Positions 24,381-38,329 of a stretch of 64,000 bases of DNA are shown piece by piece (position 1 is the stretch's first letter; every line of letters begins with the position of its first letter). This DNA comes from Felis catus. Taxonomy: Eukaryota. Position numbers and translations under genes: made by a program. The notes beneath the pieces are model-generated. The model searched no databases. It had not been told where the DNA came from and saw nothing but the letters and a program-made list of their open reading frames with translations. The stretch lies in contig NC_058368.1 in assembly GCF_018350175.1 (NCBI RefSeq), forward strand, positions 70,496,001 to 70,560,000, read 5' to 3'.

Positions 24381-24869
24381 CATTTATGATTCTTCAGGAG
24401 TTGGAGGCACATTGGTCTGTACTATGTTTGCCATTATTGTTCCTGTTTCCTTAAGAAGGTGTGTAATCGTTTTACACATTAACTTCTAGTAATGCTAGTT
24501 ACTTGTAGTTCTCCAGTGATCAGATTCTCCCACAGGGCAGGCTGTTGCCTCTTGTGGTTTGTGATTTTTGATTGTGAACTCATTTTCAGTGGATTTTGTA
24601 TGCTGTTGGAGCTCCCATGTGCCCTCTCATGGAAGTATCCCTACTTTGTATTTTACTACTGCTGAGTCCCCAGGCATTTTTGTTGTCCTGGACTAACTTA
24701 TTTTATTTTCTTACCTTAGAGTTTCCATACCATTCCATACCATTGAATCTAGACCACAAATTTAGGTATGATACAGGCTGTGGATTTTAAGTATTTGTTG
24801 GACCTGTTTATCTTTTCTTTTGATGTGAGCTAAATGTCTTCACTGCTTCATTGGGCTAAATGGAATATA

Positions 24870-25057
24870 TTTTTATTTTATTTTTTACGTTTATTTATTT
24901 ATTGGGGGCAAGGGAGGGCAGAGAAAGAAGGAGAGAGAGAATCCCAAGCAGGGGGCTCAGAGCCTGATGCGGGGCTCAAACTCACGAACTATGAGACTGT
25001 GACCTGCGCTAAAATCAAGAGTCAGACACTCAACCAACTGAGCCACCCAGGTGCCCC
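24870..25057 (-). mobile_element. CAN-SINE
   Basis: TSD ctaaatgga(a/g)tat. Confidence 0.88.
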
Positions 25058-25557
25058 TAAATGGAGTATTTTTAGCCTTCTCTAAGGTATAACAGGTCTT
25101 TGAGCATCTGGGCTCAGTCCCAAGTATTCCTCCTTAAGCAACCTGAGGCCATGTCTTCTATCTCTGACTAGGCCTAAAAATCCAGCCCCAAGTCCTGGGG
25201 GGCTCATATCTAAGTACCTTGGGGTCACAGAAGCAGTATATGCTTTGATTTTTGTCTTTGTTCTGAATTTGGGTTTATTACAGAACTTTTTAAGCATATA
25301 CAGAAGTGGAGAGAATACTGTATGAACCCGAGTTTCAACTTCACCCACTTTCAACAGTGACCAACTCACAGCCATCTTGTTTTATCTGTAGCGTCATAGG
25401 GTGTGTGTGTGTGGCATATATGCCTGCTTGTTTGGTCCTTATTCTATGCCATTGGTCTGTTTATCTGTTCATGTGTTCCATATTCTAATATCTCTAAATT
25501 ATTTTGCTTTTGAAGTATCTGTTAATATCTAGTAGAACAGGCCACTTTTTTGTCCAT

Positions 25558-25990
25558 CTTTTTTTTTTTTTTTTAACATTTATTTATTTTTGAGACAGAG
25601 AGAGAGCATGAACAGGAGAGGGTCAGAGAGAGAGGGAGACACAGAATCTGAAACAGGCTCCAGGCTCTGAGCTGTCAGCACAGAGCCCGACACGGGGCTC
25701 GAACCCACGGACCGTGAGATCATGACCTGAGCTGAAGTCAGATGCTTAACCGACTGAGCCACCCGGGCACCCCTCATCTTTTTAAAAATAATCTGGGGCA
25801 CCTGGGTGGCTCAGTCGGTTAAGCGTCTGACTTGGGCTCAGGTCATGATCTCGCAGTTCGGTTAGTGAGTTTGAGCTCCGCATCGGGCTCCCTGCTGTCA
25901 GCACAGAGCCCACTTCAGATCCTGTCTCCCTGTCTCTCTGCCCCTCCCTGAGCACATGGGCTCTCTCTCTGAAAAATAATTATTTTTTAA
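25558..25990. mobile_element. Head-to-head CAN-SINE pair (- 25558-25773, + 25795-25990)
   Basis: Two SINE bodies about 20 nt apart. Confidence 0.92.
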
Positions 25991-28900
25991 AAATTGCTTT
26001 TAAAAAGTAGCCTAACTATTCATGTACTTTTATTCTTCCATATAAGATTTAGAGTAAGTTAATCACTTATCTTAAAATTTTAGCTGGAATTTGAGGTGGC
26101 GTTTAATTTATAGATTGATTTGGGAGAGAGAACTGATACCTTTGTTAAGTTTTCTCATCCAAGAACAAGCACTGTTGCTCCATTTATTTATAACATGTTG
26201 TTTATTAGATTTACACATGTTTTGTACAGATCTTTTGTATTTTTAGATACCACGTAGTTTTTGTTATGGTGAGTGCTATTGTATTTATTACATTTCCTAA
26301 GTGTAGCTGTTTTATTGCTGACACAGAGAATTCTAGTTACTGATTTTTGTAAGCTGATCTTGTATTTGGCAGCCATATTGAACCCTCCTGTTTACTGATT
26401 CTGTTCATTTTTCTAGGTGGCATGGTAAGTGGATGTTTTACTTTTTAGGAAACTGCCAAACTGTTTTCAAAGTGTCTATAACATTGTGCACTCTGGTCAG
26501 CAATGTATGAGAGTCAGTTGCTCTTCATCCTCAGGTCATTTGGCAGTATCAATTAAAAAAATGCCATTGCAGGGGCACCTGGGCGGCTCAGTCGGTTGAG
26601 CCTCTGACTTCGGCTCAGGTCATGATCTCACAGTCTGTGAGTTCGAGCCCCGTGTCGGGCTCTGTGCTGACAGCTCAGAGCCTGGAGCCTTTCGGATTCT
26701 GTGTCTCCCTCTCTCTCTGACCCTCCTCTGTTCATGTTCTGTCTCTGTCTCAAAAATAAATAAACATTAAAAAAGAAAATTTTAAAAAATGCCATTCCGG
26801 TGGATGTACAGTGGTATGTACTGCCTACTATTATCTTATTTTGCATTTTAAAGATTAGTGATGTGTTGAGCATTTCTTCCTATGCTTATTTGCTGTTGGT
26901 ACCTCTTTCAAATCCTTCCTGTTTAAATTGTGGGGTTTTTTTTTTCTTATTATCGAATTGTGAGAGTTCATTAAATTTTGGACATGAGGGTTGTTTTTTT
27001 GTTTTGTTTTGTTTTTTATCAAATGTGTATTCTGAAAATATTTTCTCCCAGTCTGGCTTGTCTTTTCATTTTCTGAATAGATCTTTGAAGAGCATAGCAT
27101 AAATTTTGATGAAATCTAATCTATCAGTTTGAGGGTTTTTTTTAATAGCTCATGTTTATTGTGTTCATTCTAAGAAAATCTTTACCTAACTTATAGGTAC
27201 AGAAATTTGACAGTATTAGGGTTTTTTTTTTTAATTTAGGTGTATGACTCATTTTAATTTAATTTTCATGTATGATATGAATTATGAGTTGAAGGTCATA
27301 TGTTTATATATGGATATGCAATTGTTCTAGCCCTTGTTTTTGAAAAGAGTATCTTCTTTAATAGATTATCTTGGAACCTTTGTTGAAAATTACTTGCCCA
27401 GGTATATACGGGTTTATTTCTGGATTCTCTTCAGTCTCATTGACATGCATGTTTCTCCTTTTCTCAATAGTGCACTGTCTTGATTATTATAGCTTTCTAA
27501 ATCTTGAGGTCAGATATTGTCAAATCTTCAAACTTTTTTGTTTGAAAATTGCTTTGGCTATTCTAATTCTTTTGCTTTTTATTATGAATTTCGGAATTTC
27601 ACTGGGATTCCGCTGACTTTATACATCAATTTGAGGAAAATTGGCGTTTAATTAATCCACGCATATGGATTATCTCCATATATTAAGGTCTGTTTTTAAA
27701 AAATTTCTCTCTTCTGGAATTCTAGTTTTCAGCAAATTTTGCTAGATCCATATCTGAGTATTTCATGGTGTTTGGTGTTATGGCAAATGGTATTTGCATG
27801 TTGAAACAATTTTAGTGATTTGCTAGTATATAGAAATACAGTAGTTTTTCCAGTGGGGTTTACTCCAGGAATGCTGATATAATTCAGTATAAACAGATCT
27901 ATTAGCAAATGTCGTGTATGTGTTTACATCAGTAGGTCAAAGGCAGCAAAGGTGGTTATTTGACAGTTCAGATATAATCAAGTCATGCCCATGCTTAAAA
28001 CAAAACCATAGCTTTCTATTGCTTTTTAATTTAATTTAATTTACTGATTTCAATGTTTATTTATTTATTTATTTATTTTGAGAAAGAGAGAGCGTGCTTG
28101 TGTGCTTGCACATGAGCAGGGAGGGACAGAGTGAGAGGAGAGAGAAGATCCCAAGCAGGCTCCATGTTCAGCGCAGAGTCCGATGCTGGGCTCAATGTCA
28201 TGACCGTGAGCTCATGACCTGAGCCAAAATCAAGAGTCGGATGCTTAACTGACTGAGCCACACAGGTGCCCCAATTTTATTTTATTTTTAATTGTGGTAA
28301 AAAAAAAATCCAACATAGTATAAATTTATCATTATAACTGTTTTTAAATGTTCAGGTAAGTAATGTTAAATATATTCACATTGTTGTGCAACATCTCACC
28401 AGAATTTTTCATCTTGCAAAACCAACACTGTACTCATTAAGCAGTAACACCCCTTTACCAGTCTTCCTAGCCCTTTGTACCCACTATTCTGCTTTCTCAC
28501 CGATCTGTTCTAGTAGCTTTTTGTTGTTGTTATTGATCCTTTTAGCTTTTCTTTTTCTGCATAGATATTTGTGTTGTCTGAGAATAGAGACATTTTTGTG
28601 CCTTTTCAATCAATATGCGTTTTATTCATTTTCTTGCCTCTTGCACTGGCAAGGACACCCAGTGTGTGATGTTACATAGGTGGGGAGAGTTGACGTACTT
28701 TGTCTTGTTCCAGATTCTTGTGGGGAAACATTCAGCTTTCATCATTAAGTATGTTAGCACAGATATTTCTTACGTTCTCTTTATCAGATTGAGGAAGTCT
28801 TTTTTAATTTATAGTTTGCCTAGAGTTTTTATCATGAGTAAACTGAATTTTGTCAAATAATTTTTTTCATCTACTGATATGGTTTACTTAGACTGCTTCT

Positions 28901-28994
28901 GTGGTGTTACATTGATATTTGAGTGTCAAACATTCCAGTCATTCCTGTGATGAACTGCACCTGAGGTATACTCTCTTTTATATATTTGCAGATT

Positions 28995-29427
28995 ATTTAT
29001 TTATTTATGTAATTTATTTTTTAATTTACATCCAAATTAGTTGGCATATAGTGCAACAATAATTTCAGGAGTAGACTCCAATGATTCATCCCCTATGTAT
29101 AACCCCCACTCCTCATCTCAACAAGTGTCTTCCTTAATGCCTCTTACCCACTTAGCCCATTCCGCCCACCCACAACCCCTCCAGCAACCCTCTGTTTGTT
29201 CTCTGTATTTAAGAGTCTCTTATGTTTTGTCCCCTTCTCTGTTTTTATATTATTTTTGCTTCCCTTCCCTTATGTTCATCTGTTTTGTATCTTAAGTTCC
29301 TCATATGAGTGAAGTCATATGATTTGTCTTTTTCTGACTAATTTCATGTAGCATAATTCCCTCTAGTTCCATCCACATTGTTGCAAATGGCAAGATTTCA
29401 TTCTTTTTGGTTGCCGAGTAATACTCC

Positions 29428-29461
<34 letters not shown>

Positions 29462-29608
29462 CATGCCATATATATGTACGTATGTATGGTATGTGTGTAT
29501 ACATACCATACATATGTACATATGTATTGTATACATACCGTATATATGTGTGTATATGTATATAAATGTGTGTATACATACCATATATGTGTACATATAT
29601 ATACATAT

Positions 29609-29649
<41 letters not shown>

Positions 29650-31441
29650 ACTTCTTCTTCATCCATTCATCCATCAGTGGACATTTGGGCTGTTCCCATA
29701 CTTTAGCTATTGTCGATAGCACTGCTATAAACATTGGGGTGCGTGTGCCCCTTTGAAACAGCACACCTGTATCCCTTGGATAAATACCTAGTAGTGCAAT
29801 TGCTGGGTCATAGGGTAGTTCTATTTTTAATTTTTTGAGGAACCTCCATATTGTTTTCCAGAGTGGCTGCACCAGTTTGCATTCCCACCAGCAATGCAAA
29901 AGAGATCCTCTTTCTCCGCATCCTTGCCAACATCTGTTGTTGTCTGAGTTGTTAATTTTAGCCATTCTGACAGGTGTGAGATGGTATCTCATTGTAGTTT
30001 TAATTTGTATTTCCCTGATGATGAGTGATGTTGAGTGTTTTTTCATGTGTCTGTTAGCCATCTGGATGTCTTCTTTGGGGAAGTGTCTGTTCATGTCTTT
30101 TGCCCATTTCTTCACTGGATTATTTGTTTTTTGGGTGTTGAGTTTGATAAGTTCTTTATAGATTTTGGATACTAACCCTTTATCTGATATGTCATTTGCA
30201 AATATCTTCTCCCATTCTATCAGTTGCCTTTTAGTTTTGCTGATTGTTTCCTTTGCTGTGAGAAACTTTTTATTTTGATGAGGTCCCAATAGTTCATTTT
30301 TGCTTTTGGTTCCCTTGCTTCCAGAGACGTGTTGAGTAAGAAGTTGCTGCAGCTGAGGTCAAAGAGGTTTTTGCCTGCTTTCTCCTTGAGGATTTTGATG
30401 GCTTCCTGTCTTAGTCTTTCATCCATTTTGAGTTTATTTTTGTATTTGGTATAAGAAAGTGGTCCAGGTTCATTCTTCTGCATGTCTCTGTCCAATTTTC
30501 CCTGCATTTGCTGAAGAGACTGTCTTTATTCTATTGGATATTCTTTCCTGCTTTGTCAAAGATTAGTTGGCCATACGTTTGTGGGTCCATTTCTGTGGAG
30601 TGTCTGTGTTTGTGCCTGTACCATACTGCCTTGATGATTACAGCTTCGTAATACAGCTTGAAGTCCAGGATTGTGATGCCTCTAGCTTTGGGTTTTGTTT
30701 TGTTTTGTTTTGTTTTGTTTTGTTTTGTTTTGTTTTTAGGATTGCTTTGGCTATTCGGGTTTTTTTCTGGTTCCATACAAATTTTAGGATTGTTTGTTCT
30801 AGCTCTGTGAAGAATGCTGGTGTTATTATGATAGGGATTGCATTGAATATGTAGATTGCTTTGTCAACATTTTAACAATATTCTTCCTATCCACGAGCAT
30901 GTAATATTTTTCAATTTTTTTGTCTTCTTCAATTTCTTTCATAATCTTTCTATAGTTTTCAGTGTATAGATTTTTTCACCTCTTTGGTTAGGTTTATTCC
31001 TAGGTATTTTATCGTTTTTGGTGCAATTGTAAATGGGTCGATTCTTTGATTTCTCTTTCTGTTGCTTCATTATTGGTGTATAGGAATGCAACTGATTTCT
31101 GTGCATTGATTTTATGCATTGATTCCTGTGACTTTGCTGAATTCATGGATCACTTCTAGCAGGTTTTTGGTGGAATCTTTTGGGTTTTCCATATAGAGAA
31201 TTGTGTCCTCTGCGAGTGAAAGAGTGAAAGTTTGACTTCCTCCTTGCCGATTTGAATGCCTTTTATTCCTCTGTGTTGTCTGATTGCTGAGGCTAAGATT
31301 TTCAATAGTATGTTGAATGACAGTGGTGAGAGTGGATATCCATGTTGTGTTCCTGACCTTAGGGGGAAAGTTCTCAGTTTTTCCCCATTGAGGATGATAT
31401 TAACGGTGGGTCTTTCATATGGCTTTTATGATCTTGAGGTA
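28995..31441 (-). mobile_element. 5'-truncated carnivore L1 (about 2.45 kb) with frameshifted ORF2 C-terminus
   Basis: ORFs 30531-30776, 30220-30507 and 29363-30289 translate to ORF2p, including [26 protein letters not shown] 16-nt TSD TATATATTTGCAGATT lies at 28979-28994 and 31442-31457. Confidence 0.95.
29430..29648. repeat. (TG)n, then TATG-rich low complexity, then (CA)n, inside the L1
   Basis: Read directly from the sequence. Confidence 0.92.
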
Positions 31442-33191
31442 TATATATTTGCAGATTTGATTTGTTGATATTTTGTTGAGAATTTTTATGTCTATACTTA
31501 TGTGTTATATTGGTCCATAGTTTTCTTTTCTTGTAATATCTTTGTGTGCTTTTGGTATTAAGATAATGCTGGTCTGATAAAATTAGTTGGGACTTGTTAC
31601 CTTCTCTTCTATTTTCTTAAAGTATTTCTGTAGAATTAGTATCATTTCTTCCTTAAATATTTGACAGTTTTGGCCAGTGAAGCCATGTGGGCCTAGAGTT
31701 TCTTTTTTGTTTTGTTTGTTTGTTTGTTTTTGTAGGTATCTTTTTTTTTCTCCATGACTTCAGTTTCTTTTACATATTAACAACTATAAAAAATTATTTG
31801 GATGTTTACACACACACATGGGTGTTTACTTATAATTGCCAAAATTTGAAAACACCCAACATGTCCTTCAGTAGGCGGATAAACAAACTTGGTTACATCC
31901 AGACAATGGAATATTAGTCGGTGCTAAAAAGAAATGAGATATCAAGCCATGAAAAGACATGGAGGAACCTTAAAAACATATTACTAAGTGAAAGAAGGCA
32001 ATTTGAGAAGGTTACATACTGTATGACTTTTAACTATATAACATTCTGGAAAAGGCAAAACTGAAAAGAGTAAAAAAATCAGTGGTTGCTAGGGGTTAAG
32101 GGGGAGGGTGGGGTGAATAGGTAGAACACAGAGGATTTTTAGGTCAGTGAAAATATTCTTTATGATACTGGAATGGTGAGTGTCTGTCATCATACATTTG
32201 TCCAAGTCCATTGAATGTACAAGAGTGACCTGTCTTATAAGCCATGGACTGAGTGATAATATGGCAGTGTAAGTCCGTCAGCTGTAACAAGTATACCACG
32301 CTGGTGGAGGATGTTGATAATGGAGGAGACTATGCATGTGTGGGTGATATCTCTGTGATATCCATTATACTGTGAACCTAAAACTGCTCTAGAAAGAATA
32401 AAATATTCAAATGAAAAAACCAGTTTAAATGTTTTTTTTTCCTATTCTCTATTTTCAGTGTCACTGATTTTTTGCCCCATCATTGATATTTCCTTCCTTC
32501 TTACTTTGGCATTAATTTGATCATCTTCATCCTTCCTTAGGGTAGAGGCCTACATCATTGATTTGAAACCTTTCTCTTTTAGTATAAGTATTCAATGCTA
32601 TACATTTCTCTTTAAGCACTGCTTTAGCTGCATCCCACAAGTTTTATGTCATGTTTTGTTTTCGTTCAATTAAAAACATTTTTGGGGGTGCCTGGGTGGT
32701 TCAATCAGTTAAGCATCCAGCTCTTGCTCTCAGCTCAGGTCTTGATCTCAGGGTGGTGAGTGAATTCAAGCACTGTGTTGAGAGCTCTGCACTGGGCATG
32801 GAGGCTACTTAAAAAAGAATGTGTGTGTATGTGTGTGTGTGTTTTCTGACAACCCTTGTGAATTCCTGTTTGATTCATGAATTATTCAATAGTGTGTTGG
32901 TTAATTTCCAGGACTTCCCAAATATATTTCTATTACTGGTTGCTAATTTAATTCTGTGTATTCAGAGAACCTGTTTTGTATGATTCCAGTTCATTTCAGT
33001 TATTGAAGTTTGTTTTTTGGTCTGTCTTGCTGACTATTACATATACACTTAAAAAGAGTATGTATTCTAGGGCACTTGGGTGGCTCAGTTGGTTAAGCGT
33101 CTGACTTTTGGTTTTGGCTCAGGTCATGATCTCATAGTTGTGGGATTGAGCCTGTGTTGGGCTCCACACTGAGCATGGAGCCTGCTTAGGA

Positions 33192-33243
<52 letters not shown>

Positions 33244-34053
33244 CTCCTCTTCCTCCTCTCTCTTTGCCCCCCTACCCCCGCTTGTGCCTGCTCCCTCTGT
33301 CTCTCAAAATAAATAAACATTTTTTAAAAAGAGTATGTATTCTGATGTTGTTGAATGGTATGTTCTATGAATATCAATTCAGTCAAGTTGGTTGATATGT
33401 TTTATGTCTTCTCCCTACTGGTTTTCTGTCCACTTGTTCTGTTAAGGAGTGAGGAATGTTGAATACTTGAGCACTAATTGTGGATTTTTTAAAAAATGTT
33501 TGTTTATTTATTTATTTATTTTGAGAGAGAGAGAGGCAAGGAGGGACAGAGAGAAAGAATCCAAGCAGGCTCTGTGCTGTCAGTGCAGAGCCTGATGCAG
33601 GACTTGAACTCAGAACCCGTGAGATCATGACCTGAGCCGAAATCAAGAGTCAGATGCTTAACCGACTGAGCCACCTAGTTGCTCCTAATTGTGGGTTTGT
33701 TTATTTCTCCTTTCTGATCATCCTTAATTTCAGCTTTCAATAGTTTCCTCTTTAATTCTTAATGGAGTACTTCCTCCACAAGTATTTTCAAAGGTAGTCT
33801 TTGTACATGGCAAAGCTATGACCCCTCATATAAATGAAGATATTTTTTCATTTGCTGTCACTTCTAAATAATAATGACTTGTATGGATAAAAACTTTAGG
33901 TCAGAGTTCTTTTTCTTCAGTATTTTTGTGGTATTCCCCCACAAGCTTATTGAATCTCCTCTGTCTTGAGAAATCTAAGGTTGATCTTGTTCTTTTGTCC
34001 TTTGTTTATTAGTCTTTGCCTTTGGAGGTTATTGAATTACCCTTGACTTTCTT

Positions 34054-34270
34054 TTTTTTTTTTTTTTCAACGTTTATTTATTTTTGGGACAGAGAGAGAC
34101 CGAGCATGAACGGGGGAGGGGCAGAGAGAGAGGGAGACACAGAATCGGAAACAGGCTCCAGGCTCTGAGCCATCAGCCCAGAGCCCGACGCGGGGCTCGA
34201 ATTCACGGACCGCGAGATCGTGACCTGGCTGAAGTCGGACGCTTAACCGACTGTGCCACCCAGGCGCCCC
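34054..34270 (-). mobile_element. Young SINEC_Fc
   Basis: CpG-rich, long T tail, TSD cccttgactttctt (34040-34053 / 34271-34284). Confidence 0.95.
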
Positions 34271-35879
34271 CCCTTGACTTTCTTAAATATCACTGTGATG
34301 CATCTACATATAGGTTATCGTTAACTGAATTGTATGGCTAACCTTTAGTTGAAATATTTTTGTGTTCTTTAAATATATTCTTTCCATCCCCTCTCCTTCC
34401 CAATCAGCCTTTTATGCTGACTCCCAGGAGAGTTCCTTAGTTGTTGTTTTGTGGGCTTTTTTTTTTTTTTTTTCTGGCTTGCTAATTTGTTCCTTAACTA
34501 TATTTATCCCATCTGCTATGTTTTTCACATTTAATGTGTTTCCACATAGTCTGATTTCATACTGTTAATATTTTTTCTTTGTTCTTAAGTTAGTATAGAT
34601 ATTAATACAGATTATAACTTGGGGTTCTTCCAAAACTTCTGCTTCATTAGTAATACTGTGCAATTTGTTGTTTCTCTTTCGTTGTGGTTGTATTCTAAGG
34701 ATGTCTAGCTATTTGGGCCTCTCACTCATGTTCCCTTGGGGCATATTAAGCTATTTTGGCAATGACAGATCAGATAAGAGGGGGAATGAGCCCCCCAGGA
34801 TAGGGAACCCACAGTCACCACAGAACCATTTGTCACCCACTCTTGTTGACTGATGTTCCATCAGGCATGTAGGCTAGTTGGGAATTCACCGTCACATTCT
34901 TCTAAATAAACAGTATTGGGAAGGACTAGTTTCTTTATATGATAATGTGTCCGGGGAGGGGGGTGCAGAAGGATATAGAGGAAGAAGTAGGTGAGGAAAT
35001 GCTGTGCCAGTACCAGCCTTGCGATGTTGTTGACAAATGTGGTGGCGATCTTACTGTGAATACTCCGTGGCAGTTTGTGATGAGGCGCTTTGGATTGGTT
35101 CTGGTTTTCATCTCTCTTGGTTGTACACTTGGCAGGCCCTGTCAATCAAGGAACTCATGAATTTCTCTTCTTGAATTTTTCCTGAATTATTTTGATTATC
35201 TCCCCTTTCAGTTTCTTGGTTCTCTCTTTCCAAAGATCCTCTTATCTTTAAGCCTTTTTTTTCTCCTTTTCCTTTTTGTAATTTTGCACTCCTTGCTGGA
35301 AAACTACTTCAGTTCTGTCTTCTAACTTTTCTAATTAATGTTTTAAAATAAACTCTTACGAAGGACAGCATGTACATGGAAAAGTATATCCTAAGTTTGG
35401 AGCGCATTGAATTTTTTACAAAGTGACATCCTTTTAAACACCATCCAGATGAAGTAGAGCATCTCCTGCACTTTTGCCGCCTCCCAACCAATACTTCCTC
35501 CCCAAAGTCTGTACTGACTTTTAACACCTGGTTTATTTTTGTCTGGTTTTGAACTTGGTGTAAATGGAAATGTAGACTCTGTGTCTAGTATCTTTCTCTC
35601 GGTTTCATCCATGTTGCTGCACCTCTTAGTAGATCCTACTGTGTCATTACTGTGTAGTGCTCTGTCATGTGAGTCACTACCGTTTATCATAACGTTTGAC
35701 TGTTAGTGGACATTGGAGTTGTTTCTGATTTGGGACTATTACAAATACTTTTGCTGCGGACGTCCTCAAACATGTCATTTGTGTGTATATGTACACACCT
35801 CTGTTGGGTATGAACCTAGGAGTCGGAAGCTGAATCAGGGTGTGCATATGTTTACCTTCAGACTGCCTTAGAGAATGTA

Positions 35880-36120
35880 TTGCCAGTTTTCCTGTGGGTC
35901 GGGCATTTGGGAGCAGCTTGGCTTGGTGATTCTGGCCCAGAGTCTTTCACAAGGTAATAGTCAGAATACCAGCAGGGACCACAGTCATCTGAAGGCCTCT
36001 TCCAAAATGGCTCACTCACATGGCTATTGGCAGGAAGCCTCAGCTCCTCACCGCGAAACTGCCTAGATATCAACATGACATGGCAGCAAACTTCCCCCAG
36101 AGCAAGTGATCCAAGAGAGT
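35880..36120. mobile_element. MLT1-like LTR fragment within an old L1
   Basis: cacagtcatctgaaggc...ttccaaaatggctcactcacatggctattggcaggaagcctcagctcctc. Confidence 0.6.
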
Positions 36121-38114
36121 TAGCAGTCCTTTTAGTCATTCTGGAGGGTATATTGTAATATCTTATTGTGGTTTTAGTTTGCATTTCCTTGATGACTAAT
36201 GCGATGAAGTGTCTTTTCAAATATTGAGTACTTATACTTTTGCTCTCCTAGTTTTAATATCCAGTAGTTCCTTTTTATTTTTGGAATATCCATTTTGGCT
36301 GGCATCTTGGTTTTTTTTTTCATGCACCTAGTATTTTTTCTTACATCTCTCATGATATTAAGGAGAATCCCTGCCCCTGCCCACCCCCCCGCCAAGGTTT
36401 TCATTTCCCTCCACAGTTTCTGTTTCTTCTGAGTTCCTTCTTTTCCTCCTTGTTGTCTGCTTCTGATCTTAAGGGTTTTCTCTGAGCCTTTGGCTGTTTA
36501 TATTTAAGATCCAGCTCCTAAAAGGGGCTGATGGAAGTATGCAAGGCACTGAATGACCATGGACTTCATTGTAGGGCCTCGTGGTTTCACTATGAACTAA
36601 CTCTCAGTATTAGGATCTGGACATTTGTGTCTTTTTTTTCCCCCTCATGAATTGTCAAATTGCCCAAAGCATACTCTCTCATCTACTCTCTGTAAGATGT
36701 AAGCCTGGGAGCCTTAACATTTAGTATATAAACTTTGATTTTTAGTATTCTATTTGCACACTCAACTGGGCATGGGAGCCCCCCAGTTGCAAGATATTCC
36801 TTGTTACCATTGCTAGATAAGAAACGTTAGTCATCTACTGGGATAGGAAGGAGCCCTCAGCAGATAGGCAGACTTTTGGGAGAGGATCAGTGCTCTCAGA
36901 CTGCCTCTTCGCAGTTCCAGGCAAACCTGGCTTCTCAGATCTCACTGTTGCTGGTTTAGTATTGCGTTTTCTCAGATATGCCAAGTTAGCACTTTGTTCC
37001 TGTTTTCCCGCTTTGAGAAATTTTTACATTCGTTAACTCTTCTCTATCTTTGTGGGTTTATGCCTTTAAGGAAATCTTTTAATGCCATTCTTACAAGGTT
37101 TTAGGAGACAGCAGAGGAGGCAAGTACATGTGTTCAATCCACCATCTTTAACTGGCAGTATTGTTTAAAAGTGTGTGTGTGTTTTAAGAACACTTAAAAT
37201 TGTGGAATCAGCTTCTTTTTTCTCCATTGATTGTATCAGATACATCTACAGGCATTCAGAAATGGTATTTAAAGTCCTGTTTCATCCCAGTTCTCACCCC
37301 GTCACAGCAAGCATGAGCATTTCTTTAAGGCTTATTCTTTGTTTCTTTGCAGATTGTGTTTTAGGCATTGACCTAGTGTTCTCTGTAATCTGCTGGAGGG
37401 GTGGTGGTGAAGGTGAAGGGAGCAAGGAGAAACATTCTTGGTCTCAGGATCTGTCTCCAGGAATTTAGTGTTCTATTCATTTCTGCAAATACCCCATTTC
37501 TAGCAGGATAAATTTCCTACTAACCTCATCATAGAAGGACCTTTCATGTTGTTCTTGATGATCACACATGTAACATAGATCTTGCTTTATCCAGTTTTCT
37601 AAATCTGCTTTTTGGCACTGCAAGGGATAAAACTTTCTAGGACTGGGCACAGATGATTCAGGAGGTTAAGTAACAAATACTGTCATGCCACCATAATTAT
37701 TTGATGGACCAATTTGGTTATTTGGACCTATTTAAAAGAATCAGCCATGGATATTTAAATGTAATTCTGAATTTTGTAGTCCTTTGTTAAGATTTTCAGT
37801 TGGGCTGTGGTGTTACTGTGATAAAAAGTGTTGGTGCCAAGAGGTGGTGTTAACTTCTAATCTTAAAAGTGCTGAGGGATTGGGTTCTCTATAGCTGAGG
37901 GCCAAGTGGAGAGTAGCAGCACACCTATAATCATCTGTGGTCATCTTCAATATCAACCGTTGGGATATTTTAAGGGAAGTGGGTATTGTGGGCAACGTTA
38001 ACAATAAGTGACAGTTAACTTTCTAAATTTTTTGTCCCTCTGTCTTGAACTTGGGCTGAATATTTAACATATAAATAGTCATCGTATCTTGAATGGTGAT
38101 CAATGGCTTTATTT

Positions 38115-38329
38115 AAAATTTTTTTTAATTTTTATTTATTTTGAGAGAGAGAGAGAGTCAGAGGGCGAGCAGGGGAGGGCAGAGAGAGAGGGAGACACAG
38201 AATCCGAAGCAGGCTCCAGGCTCTGAGCTGTCAGCAGAGAGCCTGAGGTGAGGCTCAAACTCCCAAGCCGTGAGATCATGACCTGAGCTGAAGTTGGACA
38301 CTCAACCTACTGAGCCACCCAGGCGCCCC
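38115..38329 (-). mobile_element. CAN-SINE
   Basis: Full SINE body. Confidence 0.9.

Larger units (their letters stand above)
26000..33900 (-). mobile_element. Old fragmented L1M array with younger insertions (SINEs at about 26571-26785 +, 28030-28272 -, 32684-32816 +, 33069-33325 +, 33486-33684 -; L1 3' piece at about 31780-32410 +)
   Basis: Degenerate T-rich antisense L1 ORF2 sequence. SINE TSDs include taaaaagagtatgtattct (33050-33068 / 33325-33343). Confidence 0.7.

Noticed and set aside
29301..30161. Multiple overlapping ORFs of 80-120 aa
   Set aside because: These are translations of microsatellite or alternative/antisense L1 frames.
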